This document shows positions 12,083 through 24,008 of a stretch of 64,000 nucleotides of DNA, piece after piece. The notes beneath the pieces are model-generated. The model was not told the DNA's origin. It made no database searches and saw only the letters and a program-made list of their open reading frames with translations. Location: assembly GCF_004010195.1 (NCBI RefSeq), contig NC_057753.1:3503514-3567513 (forward strand), read 5' to 3'. Numbering within the stretch: the stretch's first letter is position 1; each line of letters begins with the position of its first letter. A program made the position numbers and the translations under genes. The stretch comes from Chiloscyllium plagiosum (lineage: Eukaryota).

Positions 12083-13532
12083 TTGTAAGGAAGATAGAGA
12101 ATGAGTTTTAATAGGAAAGTTTGTGCTTCTGATCACAGCCAAGTTTTACCGGATTTTCTCAGAAATTGTAGGATTTGAGAAGAAAGTCATAATTGGGACA
12201 TTATTTCTCAAATGAAGGATAATTAATATTCAATTTAAATATTGAAATACAGATTAAGTAGAAACAAAATTAATGATGCGGCAAAGAAGAATATATAGCT
12301 GTGACCCATCACAGAGAGAGAATACGTGTTAAAAATGCTTTTAATACATCACAAGCGTATGAATAGCAAACTAAAGCAAAATCATACCAACAACGAAACA
12401 TCAAATATGTTAAAGGAGGTAAGTTACAAAGCACCAATAATAAGATTGAAAGCAGTAATATATATTATACAAAATTTCTGGGTCACAAGTGTCTAAGTTT
12501 TAATCAAGTACTGCAATTATATTCACTGTGAGAAAAGCGGGCATTCAACTTGTTGAATATTCTATTGGAAACAAATTGACAACTAGTAACTCTCAAACTT
12601 CATGGAGTATATACTGGGATAGAGTCAACAACACAGCTGTTCACGTAACAATCCTGTGTGATTTTTGGTGTCGGTGTAAACCATTGGAACTGGCTGGTGA
12701 TGACAGCTTACTCTTGTAAAAATTTCATCCAATGCAGAAATTCATCTGTGTTCTATTTCATTGTCAGGGTAAATAAAGAATTCTTTCTCATTTTCATGTT
12801 TTTAAATTAAGCCTTAACAATAAAATGCAACTGATGACAGCAGGTCTATGGATTCACTCAGTACGTGGAGAAAAGAAAAACTAAAAACGGTTTAAGACAT
12901 TGCCAGATTCTGAAATCAGGCAGACATTCAAAATCAGCAGTCATCACATTAGAAACAGTGAATACAGAATGAAAGTGCAATCCTAAAACAGTGAGCACCG
13001 GTGACTGAAAATAGTTAACTGTGCTCTGTGCATTTGTGGTAAATTCCGATCTTCCGTCAAAGGAAAATAAAATATTGTTATATGCCTGTGAACGTTTCAA
13101 AAACTAATTATTCCCCTTCAATAAAATCTGTCATTAAATGCCGATGGAAAATGTTCAGTCGTTCAAGCTACTCAAGCATTAACTCAATCATAGTTATTAA
13201 TCCTTAGTTTCAAAGAAAATTGTACAATAAATCTGCATGCATGTCAGAATGACTGTGGAAATAACCCCCCAAAATTATTTAAAATGTGATAATAACGTAA
13301 GAAGTCACCTGAATACATAACAATGCCACAATGGATCTATCAGTTAATTGATGCAATATCATGTTGCCAGTTCTCCAAAGGAATTGTTTTGGAAGTGTGA
13401 CAATACTTGTAACTCATTTGCATTATTATTACCTTTAAAACAGATGGAATGCAGTACAAAAATTGCATACCTTCAATATATCACAATGTTGAAGTAAAAT
13501 ATTATATGCAGTTTACACTCGCAGCATTTAAC

Positions 13533-13602
13533 CTGGAAGATAAATAACTGCAAGGACTGGATAGTAAATGGCAAAGACCAATCCTTTTGGAATCTCATGC
13601 AT
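13533..13602 (-). pseudogene. GPR139/GPR142-like pseudogene, exon 1 (70 nt)
   Basis: MHEIPKGLVFAIYYPVLAVIYLP+G followed by a GT donor; same length and phase as exon 23939-24008. Confidence 0.9.
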
Positions 13603-13653
13603 TTCTGACAGATATTCTGAGCACTTTCCATGAATCATTGAATCGTGCCTATA

Positions 13654-13710
13654 TTTATATAGGGTTAGATATGCATTGCAGGCTCCAAGGAGTTAATTAG
13701 TTGCATTGAA
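13654..13710 (-). promoter_or_regulatory. Putative promoter: TATAAA, O/E-like site, homeodomain site
   Basis: TATAAA at 13659-13654 (57 nt before the ATG); CTCCAAGGA at 13683-13691; TAATTA within 13693-13700. Confidence 0.5.
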
Positions 13711-15926
13711 TTTTTCTGTAATTATTTTTATTGAAATATGATGATCAGTGCAGGTTCTGCTTGGCTACTCCGTTATTGGATTGAATGTTCATTTCGTGAG
13801 AGCTAAAATTGATCTAAAGTGAGAACTGCAATGATTCCATGAGGATCAAGATTTTATTTCGGCGTAAGTCCAAAGCAGTGAGGTTCATTAGAAATCTTAA
13901 TGAGATAAACGAATTTTTAAACGGATGCACTGTCAGATTCTACCACTATTCGAACCTTTGGGCCATGTTCAGGTGCCACATGAATCTAGCCAATACTGAT
14001 CCAGTAAAATATTACTCCTTACAGATGGGTTAAGATTCCTTTAACTTTGTTAGTTTCACCGTTCTTTGATGTCATTTCACTACAATTAAATTTCGTGCAG
14101 CGACATTCGGTTCAATGAATATATAATCAATATGTTGAGATGTGATACAACATGATTAAGTTCAGCCCGGCCTGCTCCAGTTCATCAGCATCAAAGTTCA
14201 AGAAGAGTTTAATAAATCTGCACAGTTACTTTTATTTAAGACATCATCAGAAGAATAAATCTACATTTAGACTTGACATGTGCGCTTCAGTTCGACATAC
14301 TAACATGAAATGTGATTCACTACAAGTCAGCCAGTTGACATTCAGTGTCGCAAATTCCATCACAAAATGATTGCATTCGTTGGACATAGACTAGTACTGC
14401 ACAAATATTTTGCGTTGATAAAATCCTATTCAGCACGTTTCATTACCAATTCAATACCAATTCTACAAAAATGTATTGGCTAACACTTGTGATGTTTTAA
14501 GGGTCATCTTAACAGATACATGAAGCGGTTAATGAATAGAAGACCTGGACCATGTCAAGGCTGAAATTACTTCATTGGGACTGGTATCCAATCACCAAGT
14601 CACTAATCTCCCCGACGGCATTATCGCACTTGGATCACTTCCTCTATTTCTGCCTGTGAAATTGGTAGCATGTTCCAAATCATGACATTCCTCTTGTGCC
14701 TTGAGTATACTCGAAGAGATTCGACATCGTCTGGTGGTAATTGCATCGAGGCCGTGATATCTTCCCTGTCCATCTCCTCGAAAAGGAGGAGAGTCCATGG
14801 AGTCTGAGAGACTTGTTGAGTAGTCTGAGGGGCAGAATAAACTTTGCTCTTGCGCCATGTGCGAGATTGCAGTATTCATGCAGTACACGTGCTTATTCAG
14901 AGCACCCTCTCCGACCCGATCTTTGTACATCCCTGGTTTTGAGCTCACGTCGAAAGTGCTTCTTACTATGCAGGGCCCTCCCTGTGATTTCAACAGCACA
15001 CATCCTTCCCCACAAGGAAAGTCTGTCTCTCATTTAGAGGAGTCTTCTTTCTGACATTGGCGTTCCTGATGCTTTGTCAGCCTTCTGCCCCTCACATTGC
15101 CCGCCCCCCCCCCCCGCCCCACCCCACACACACAGACCATGTCTGGGAAATCAGGTTTTACATGATGCAGTCTTCGGCCCGTCAACAACTACTAGCCTTG
15201 TAGTTGCGTGAGGGGTCGGCTGCTAATCAAACAAGAACTGGGGCAGTTCTTGGTGTCGAGTGAAACTGTTCCACAAGCCTACCTTCAAATGTTGGGATGG
15301 TCTTTCCAATAGAGTATTGGGCGATGGATTGCACGGAGCTTCATAAAATGCCATTCGACTTTAGGAAATACTCGAATTCCCTGCTGGTGAAGGATGGTCC
15401 GCTATCACTGACCAGTACATCCAGGTGTCCGATGATTGCAAATGATTCTCACAACATTTCAATCGTCGTCACTGTGTTTGATGAATGAACTCGATGCGCG
15501 TGCAACCACAATAACTAAGAACATTGAGCCTATGAAAGCATTGACGCAGTCGATGTGTGACCATCCATTAACACGAATGTGTGGAAGTTTTCGGACATTT
15601 GTTTTGTCCTTTGCGGCACTCTAGGCACTTCCCCACAAATGTTGCTATTTCAGCATCCAATCCTGGCTTTCAGACACAACCTTTTGCCAAATTCTTCATA
15701 TGAGATCACTGAATGACCCAGTCTCGGCCAGCAATCTTTGATCAGGACAATCTGTTGCTCCCCATAAGCCAATCTTTATAGTCAACTGGTGTCACCAGGT
15801 TCAAAGAGATTTCAGTTCCGACTGTAATGGCCCTTTGGTTTTCTCCATCACCACCAGCTGTTTCAGTTTTGCCAGCGCAGGATCTTTTTGGTTCTGCAGT
15901 CTGTAATTGTCAGCAGTTACCAGAAG

Positions 15927-16275
15927 GATAGAATTCCTACAGTGTGGGAATAGACTATTGGGCCCAGTAAGTCCACACCAACCCTCCAAAGGGTATCCCA
16001 TCCAGTCCCATTCCCTGACCGTATTACTTTACATTTCCCCTGACTAATGCACCTAACCTACAGATTCCTGAACATTATAGGCAATTTAGCATGGCCAATT
16101 CACCTAAGCTGCACAAATTTAAACTGTGGATGGAAACCGGAGCACTCAGAGGAAACCAACGCCGACAAGGAGAGAATGTGCAAACTCCACCATGACAGTC
16201 AATCGAGGCTGGAATCGAACATGTGTCTCTGGTGCTGTCAGGCAGCAGTGCTAAGCAGGGAGTTATCATGCCACT
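15927..16275 (-). mobile_element. V-SINE (HE1-like), near full length, nested in Gypsy
   Basis: tRNA-like head, V core and tail all recognisable. Confidence 0.85.
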
Positions 16276-16833
16276 CAGATTTCCAGAACGTTTAAAAGTC
16301 GAGCAGACTCTTCTAGTGGCTGAACCATCAATCGTGTATCCACCAGTATGAGGCACTCAAGGCATCCGCATTTGCCACTTGGCCTTGGGGATGGCATTCC
16401 AATTGTTAACTGAATGCTGTCAGAATGACAGCCCGACGCTGAATTATACCTGAAGCTATGGGAAGCACTGTCCTGTAGAGCTCTAGTGGGGGTTGTGGGC
16501 CGTTGCTATTGCAAAATCACATCTGTAAAGTTATTGGCGGGACTTTCTCACATCAAAGAGAACCGTCAAACTTTCCTTTTCTACCTGGGTCTAATTACAT
16601 TTGGCATCAGCCAAAATTCGAAAAATATGCAGAATTGGGCATTCCTCTCTGCTGGGTCACCGGTGAGCCAGCACAATCCTGGTACAACACGAGGACCGAT
16701 CACATGCCAGTGCTGATCGCAGTGTGCCAACAATCGCTGCTTCTTTTTTCCCCTAAAGGTTATACCTTGACGACAAGGCCATTTTCAAGATTGTCCCTTT
16801 TTCAACATTAAATGTAAGGTTTCCAGCATGGAG

Positions 16834-17030
16834 CTGAAAATGTGTTGCTGGAAAAGCGCAGCAGGTCAGGCAGCATCCAGGGAACAGGAGAATTGACGTT
16901 TCGGGCATAAGCCCGCCTGAAACGTCGATTCTCCTGTTCCCTGGATGCTGCCTGACCTGCTGCACTTTTCCAGCAACACATTTTCAGCTCTGATCTCCAG
17001 CATCTGCAGACCTCACTTTCTCCTCAAAGA
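16834..17030 (+). mobile_element. Penelope pLTR fold-back mini-insertion with 13-bp TSD
   Basis: Inverted arms of about 75-80 bp; TTCCAGCATGGAG at 16821-16833 and 17031-17043. Confidence 0.85.
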
Positions 17031-18769
17031 TTCCAGCATGGAGGCCAAGTAATACATGTATTTTCCATAATGATTCACCAATTCGAGGAAAGATGTAAAT
17101 GCAGAGAAACGTAAGAGCCTGGCCAGCTTTAATCGCTCTCACTTTAACTTACAAACGTGGGAAGACGGTCCTGAGGTCTGTATAGCCCAAGCAGGTCACA
17201 TGGAGTGCCTGGAATACCCATCTTTCCTTCCAAATCCATATCCACCCCTTGTAGAAATGTTTAAGAACTCTATCCAAGTTCTTTAAATTCTCTTTATTTG
17301 TCTTCCCGGTTAGCAGCACAACATCCAGATAACTGGCGACCAGTGAATAAATATTCTCCATCGTCTGCTGTCAATTCTCATAGTCTGATCACACCCCAAA
17401 AAGCCATCATGCATATTAGAAGGAACCTTTATGGATATTAATTGTAGCATGCTTTTAGGAATTCTTATACAATTACAATTACATATACGCATGGCTCATT
17501 TCCCACTTCGTGAAGGATGGACCACGGGCAGGTTTGTGCATAAGTCCTCTATGCAAGGGATTGCGTATATATCCAGTTTCAGAAACAGGTTTACCATTTG
17601 CCGACGGCCCGGATTCTGAATAAAATTTTGACGGCAAGTCAAATACTTGGCTTTGTTTTGGTTTTCCTGTGGGCTGACCGTGATTCCTTCTGTTCAGGAT
17701 ATATCCTGAGTGGGGCTATGCAATTACATTCACTCAAATGGTGTGCCCCAAACTCAGGCGGACTGGCGAGGATGTCCAGTTCCATTGGCATGCACTCCAA
17801 ATCATGTGCCTCACTTGCTTTATTTTCCGATTTTAAAGCCAGTTGTAGTGACTGTTTGAAGTCCAGTCCGTTTTGATTAGTAGGTACCTTTGCATGACGA
17901 ACTGCACTCTGGGAAGGTAAGTGAACTGATATATTTTGGCAGTGGCTGCAGTCGCAGACAGTGAAGAGGACTGTCAGAGAATGCAGCAGAATATAGAGAG
18001 AGGGTCTGGAACAGCACAGGCTTCAAGGGACGATGGGCCTGTTCCTGTGCAGTAATTTTCTTTGTTTATTCTTCTTTCCACATACTGACCCGAGACCTCT
18101 ATAGCAGGATTGAATGATTCAAGCTTCACAAATAACAGCCTATGCCAGAAATGCTTACCCCAAGTAAACGTTTACTGTTGCGAGTGAATGTCTTCAGCAG
18201 CATGCTTTTTTCTCTCTCTCATTGAACGGAAATAGCTCGGCAGAGGTGAATATCCCATCACCAAGTCAACCTTTACTTACACGTGGAGAGACCTTGACAC
18301 TGATCCAGCTACACAAATCCATCTCTCAGAGTGAACAGAACCTCTGACTTTTCTGTTTATTTTTTCCTCATTTCAATCACAACAAACAAAAAAGGGAAAC
18401 AACAAAATCAAATGCCTACCTGAAACAAGGAGAGAGACAAAAAAGAAAACGCTCACTTCTGTTTGTATCTGTCAGCCAAGTCCCCCGATTAGACCAGATT
18501 AACAACCCCAATCAGGAAACTTCTATTCTATATTGCCCACCTGACTAACCTCGTTACATTCATTGCAGTATGTGGGCGGAAATGAAATTTCAATGACAAA
18601 GCACTACCCTGTTGCACACTGTGTCTCCGAATCCTCATTACTAACTTATTGCTAATGAAATGAACGGAGCTAGGAGTCACTGAATAACAGACTTTAAAAG
18701 AAAGGGAGATATCACAAAAGTGTTAAATGTACAATAATTTGCAAGCACATAAAAATAATATATTAGAAA

Positions 18770-19013
18770 TAACACAGCGCCAGAGACCCGGGTTCATTTC
18801 CTGCCTCAGGCGACTGACTGTGTGGAGTTTGCACATACTCCCCGTGTCTGCGTGGGTTTCCTATGGGTGCTCCGGTTTCCTCCCACAGTCCAAATATGTG
18901 CAGGTCAGGTGAATTGGCCATGCTAAATTGCCCGTAGTGTTAGGTAAGGGGTAAATGTAGGGGTATGGGTGGGTTGCGCTTCGGCGGGTCGGTATCTAAT
19001 CTAATCTAATCTA
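18770..19013 (+). mobile_element. V-SINE (HE1-like)
   Basis: B-box-like gggttcatttcc, V core tgtggagtttgcacatactccccgtgtctgcgtgggtttcc, (tctaa)4 tail. Confidence 0.88.
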
Positions 19014-19280
19014 AACTCAGCGGTCTAACACAAATCAAATAATAGATAAACATTTTATTTAAGATTTTCGTAAATTCTGAGTGTCCATTCCTAAAATGAT
19101 TTTGTACTTCTCCTTCACATCTATTCAATAAAGTGAATGTCTTTACATTCTTCATTGCACAACTATGCAACTATAATAACAATATACGCAGTCCTAATAA
19201 TTTGTTGTTCTTCAAATGTGGTTCTTCCCTAAGTACTAAAAATGCATGTTTTGCTTGACGATGAATTTTAAATACTGTTT

Positions 19281-19881
19281 TGTTACAAAGCTGCTCTTTT
19301 AACAAGTTTATGCTGTCCTTGTCTTTTTTTCAGAGAGTTCGTAAAAGACACAGACTCCGAAAGGTAAAAGGTTGAAGGGTTTCTGGGACAATTTGATGAT
19401 AACTAACAGGCAAAATGTTTTTTTTAATCTTTTAATAAATTGTAGCATGAAAGGGGAGTGGCCAGCTCTGCCAACTCAGCTTTACTCTGATTAGTTAGCA
19501 TGCAGTCAGGCAGTTGGTAAAGCTGCTGGACCCAAAGTAACAAGTCCATGCTGTTCTCTGTCTGACTTCACTCCTGTAAGAACATGTTTGATTTTACCTT
19601 TTGTGCCAAGGGGTGTAAATGGGATTGTTGCAAGTATTGGGAACAGCATCATTAAGTTCGTATAATCAGATAGGTTAAGCTTTTCGGTATTCTGTTCTCT
19701 TTTGTTCATGCTTCATTCGGTAATCCTGGTAATAAATGCTGTTTTGTTTAAAAGTAAGTGGTTTGACTAGCTGCATCCTTCCTGAAATATCTGCATCGTA
19801 CTTGCTTCAAACAACTACCAAAGCTAAAGCCCGGGCTGCTTTCTTGAAATGTCTTGAGGAGGTCTGGCCTGGTCCAGAACA
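19281..19881. mobile_element. Solo-LTR-like element, inverted relative to 4307-4993
   Basis: tgttacaa…ggtctggcctggtccagaaca; shared blocks such as aaaggggagtggccag and aagtggtttgactagctgcatc. Confidence 0.7.
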
Positions 19882-20852
19882 TAAATTTACAAAGCCTGTA
19901 ACAGCATTTTAATATTCAGCTCGCAAATGATGTTAATCCCGTTGCCTCAAGCCAATTCGTATCTTTCTTACAGCAAAGGGATAGCGACTCAAACCACATC
20001 ATTCCATCTTTCACTAGGATTACAGTACAATAATAGTATAACATTCAAAGCTTTGAAAAATTGTTCGATTGTTCCGAATCAGACTTTATAATTAACAGAT
20101 TTTGTCAGAAAGTTTTCAACTTAAACGAAAGAAGAAGATACAACTTTTGCACAATACAAATAAACTGCAAGGCAATTTAATTAATATCTATGATACAGAC
20201 TCAAATTTCTTTGAATATAAAAACCCCACTCACATATCCAGCTGAAGAAAATCACAGCTTTTGTTTCTAAAAGTAATTCTAATTTTACGGTTAAATAACT
20301 ATTACAACATGAATAACAGGCCTTCATGAAATCTTTTGATGATGGGTAGCATTCTGAGCATGCAAGGCCGTGCATTTTGCTTGAATTCTGAAGTCACTTG
20401 ATTGTACATCGAGCTGCTGAAGATTGGCGTGCTAGTGTTAGAGTTTCCAATAAGTCGATAATAGGAGAAAAACGACAGACAAATAAAGAAAAAAAAAGTT
20501 TGCCAGTGTGGCTGCTTCTAAAGCAAAGCTGTCTCCTGCTCAAAGCCCAGTCAACACCTGTCCATTCTTCGTTTTCTCTTTATTTTCCAACATTTTCTCG
20601 ATTTGACTGTTCATTATCAGTCCTCTTTTCATTGACCAACTCAATATCTAATCAGCTCACTGTTCCTGAGGTTTCGAATATCTCAGTGCGTTTTTTTTTG
20701 CTCTCTCTTTGCTTCTGAAAAAAAAATCGTCGCCTCTGCAAGTTCAATGTTCACTTTTGGACTGCGACTCATAGTTCTAAACAAAATAAAAAAAAATGAT
20801 GATGGCCTTTGAAACATAACATCATTTAAATTAGGCTTCTCAAGGATATATC

Positions 20853-20990
20853 GGAGAAAGTGAGAACTGCAGATGCTGGAGCTCAGAATCGAGAGTGTAG
20901 TGCTGGAAAAGCAGGGCTAGTCTGGCAGCATCCGAGGAACAGGAGAATCGGCGTTTCAGGCATAAGCAATTCATCAGGAATTGATGAAGC
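20853..20990 (-). mobile_element. Penelope pLTR fragment with degenerate hammerhead core
   Basis: Minus strand attcctgatgaattgcttatgcctgaaacgccgattctcc; homologous to 16834 and 62212. Confidence 0.75.
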
Positions 20991-21009
20991 TGAAGGAAGA
21001 TTCGATGGG

Positions 21010-21430
21010 ATAAATATATTTGTCTAATTCGATCTAGAATTTTCTGAGTGGCAGAAAGCAGACGTGCTCAGAAAATTCGAGAGTAATTTTGTGTTTGGAA
21101 GCATGTACACAGTGGGGTTCTGCAGTATTCAGTGTTGGGGCCCTTTGTTTCTGTTTTACATATAAATGATTTAGACCTGAATGCAGGAGGATTGATTTGT
21201 AAGTTCAACGGTGATATGAAAAGTGATGAGATGATGAAAAGTGAGGAAGATACGCTAGATAACTTAAGGATATAGACAGACTGGTCAGATGGGCCAATCA
21301 GTGGAACTCAATCAGGAAAAGGGTGAGGTGATTCAGTAAGGTACGAAAAAAGAACAATTAACACATGATGAAGACTAAGATTCTGGGAAACATTAATGAT
21401 CAGAATCTATCCAGCATGCATTTCAAAGGT
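21010..21430 (+). mobile_element. Decayed CR1 RT fragment
   Basis: Remnant of the G.PQ.SVLGPL.F..YINDLD motif. Confidence 0.6.
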
Positions 21431-22179
21431 TCTGCCAAACCAGACAAGAATTTCCAATGTATCATATTAATTATAGGACACAATAGAACCTAAAACACGT
21501 GGACCAGCTCATTATGATAACTCTTCAAACGAAAAACACAGTGTTGGCGAACGTCAGAAGAGCTGGCCTCTCTGTGGATAGATTTTTAAAAAATGAATGT
21601 TTCGAGGTCCGTATCATCCTCCCTCTAAAGAATTTCTGAATATCAGCCATTTGGTTCCAAATGTTAGCTCTTTTCCTCTCTGCACAAATATTCCCACTCC
21701 TACTCTGTTTCTAATTTAATTTTAGTTCGCCAGCATACAAAGTGCGTTTATTTTTTAATGGAAGTGGCTGTGTTAATTTAGTTGCGTTGATGGGAACTTT
21801 GTCACCTTTGCACTTAACTGAATGGATTTGGATGTATCTACGCTGCATTCAAGCACTTTGAGATGAATATGTCAGCACTTAATCATTCTGAAATGCACTA
21901 GCCCATGAAGAAATCATCTTTATTAAATTTAGTTGCCCCTTTTAAACCTGAAAACGCATTATTGAATGATTCTGTCCACAGCTGACAAAACCATACTGAC
22001 CCAACAAAGTACATATTGATGTTAAGTTTATTGAACATGATTTATCCACACAGAACTTAACTGAGGTCAAATATTCTTCACATCTCTGAAGATCAAATTC
22101 CTGATTTGACCTTGGATCTCATGCTAAATACAATCATATTAAAATGAACGTAAGTACCCTCAGTGTGGCATCATTCATT

Positions 22180-22880
22180 GAATCATACAGTAAAGGAGAG
22201 GCCGTTTGGCTTTCCCTCTGCACTGACAAAAATGTATATATTACTTACTACTTAGTCCTATCTCACACCAGGCCCACAGCCTTCAACATTATGATAACCG
22301 AAGTGCAAAACTAAATGTTTTCAAAAAGATTGTGAGGTTTCCTACCTCAACTATATTCCCACGAAGTGAGTGCCACCCGAGGATGGAAACGGCTTTCCTC
22401 AAATCCAAACTAAACCTCTTGACTTTCACTTTAAAATGATACCCACTTATCATTGACATTTCGATTCAGAGGAAGAACTGCATGTATTCACCCTGTCTAT
22501 GACCCTAATAATATTGTGCACTTCAGTCAGGTCCCCCATCAAATTCTCTGCTTCAAAGAAAAAAAAATGACCTTATCTAGCTTTGCTTCATAGCTGATAC
22601 ATTCTATCCCAAGTATTCTGATGAGCATCCTCTGCATCACCTACAATGCAATGCCATGCTTCGTCTCGTGTGGTGACCAGAACTGGACAGAGTCCTGCAG
22701 CTGTGAAATAACCAAAATGGTGTTCGACGCCAACATAGTCTCCATGCTCATAATATCTACCCCTTAAACTCATGACGTCAAGTGTCCTTTATGCCTTCTT
22801 ATATATCATCTTAACCTGTCCTGTGGCCTTCAGGGATCTGTGGACAAATATCCCAAGCTTCCTTTGTACGACGAGCTTCC
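22180..22880 (-). mobile_element. Decayed CR1 3' fragment
   Basis: ggtgaccagaactggacagagtcctgcag and caccctgtctatgaccctaata-type motifs shared with the other CR1 copies. Confidence 0.6.
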
Positions 22881-23269
22881 TACACGTTGAATGTGAAATG
22901 TCTGCAATTATTTGAACCTTTGTTGCAATTAATTTTGTACTCACTGAACGCAAGCACAAGGATCAAAACCTATACATTCGTATGTCATTAGCTAAAAAAG
23001 ACATTTGTGCATTAAATTTGCACGTACTTATTACGGTATATTGACACTGAACAAGACTGTGTTGTCACCTATCATGGTGAGCTGGCACTCTCCACATTGG
23101 TCATTAGGAGGTCCCAAGGTAAAGGCCAAAGCGAATATGTTGATAAAGAACTGAGCCTTTCTGCATTAAACGTGATTATTTTTGACTGTACCTATCTGCA
23201 ATAATTGCCGACATGTTTGCATTAAAATGATTGGAAATGGCGGAAATATTGATCACGAGGGGGCATAAT

Positions 23270-23505
23270 GTGTTTGGAGGAAGACTTAAGAGATAAGTCA
23301 AAGGTAGGTACTTACACAGAGAGTGCTGGCTGCATGGAATGCACTGCCAGCATTGGTAACAGAGTCAGATACATTAGTGATATGTAAGCGACTCTTTGGC
23401 AGGCACATGGAAGATAGTACAATGAAGGGCATGTAGGTTAGTCTCATCTTAAAGTAGAATAAAAGGTCGGCACAACATTGAGGGCAAAAAGACCTGTACT
23501 GCTGG
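23270..23505 (+). mobile_element. CR1 3' end
   Basis: TQRVLAAWNALP motif followed by a CR1-type 3' UTR. Confidence 0.7.
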
Positions 23506-23825
23506 AAAAAATGGTCTGTGCAAGATCTGGAAACATGTTGCATTTAATCAGCAATTACTTCGACAGAGAAATGACCTGAAGTGAGAAACTAATTAAGTCT
23601 CCTTCAGAATGATTTTACTTATCAAATGTGATCAACCGTGAAAACCATTGCAGTATATAGAAAGTTTGTATATCTGTGCATAATATTGCTGCGATAATTC
23701 AGTCGTTTCTACATTTTTCATGATAGGGCCAAGCTGTCTTCTCATGAAATGATAAACATTCCATTCAATCAAATCTTAAAATCCGCCTAGCATCAGCTGC
23801 ACTAATATGTTTGTTGCAATCGCTT

Positions 23826-23890
23826 TAATTCATGCAAGAAAATTAAACCAAGTCCTCACATCCCAGGAGTCTTTAAAGAGCTATAATAAG
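23826..23890 (+). promoter_or_regulatory. Putative promoter of the intact GPCR: homeodomain sites, O/E-like site, TATA-like box
   Basis: TAATT at 23826-30, AATTAA at 23841-46, TCCCAGGAG at 23861-69, TATAAT from 23882 (57 nt before the ATG). Confidence 0.5.
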
Positions 23891-23938
23891 GACTATTCTA
23901 GTGTGAAATGTGGAATGCAGACATAGTTGTTGATAAAA

Positions 23939-24008
23939 ATGCACCAAGTGCCATCAGGCTTGCTATTTGCCATTTACTATCCTGTAATTGCAGTGATTGG
24001 AGTTCCAG
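23939..24008 (+). CDS. GPR139/GPR142-like class A GPCR, coding exon 1
   Basis: MHQVPSGLLFAIYYPVIAVIGVP+G, then GT at 24009; joins exon 2 in frame (G|CT = Ala) to complete TM1 GVPAN; a homologous exon exists at 13533-13602. Confidence 0.88.

Larger units (their letters stand above)
14563..18567 (-). mobile_element. Decayed Ty3/Gypsy LTR retrotransposon; 5' LTR at about 18229-18567, 3' LTR mostly deleted
   Basis: RT remnant VASYLDVVLLTG..ENLKNLDRVL, integrase-region remnants (QNQKDPALAKLKQLV; DSGPSFTSREF on the minus strand); LTR homologous to 60416-60652; atcaccaagtca at both ends. Confidence 0.8.
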
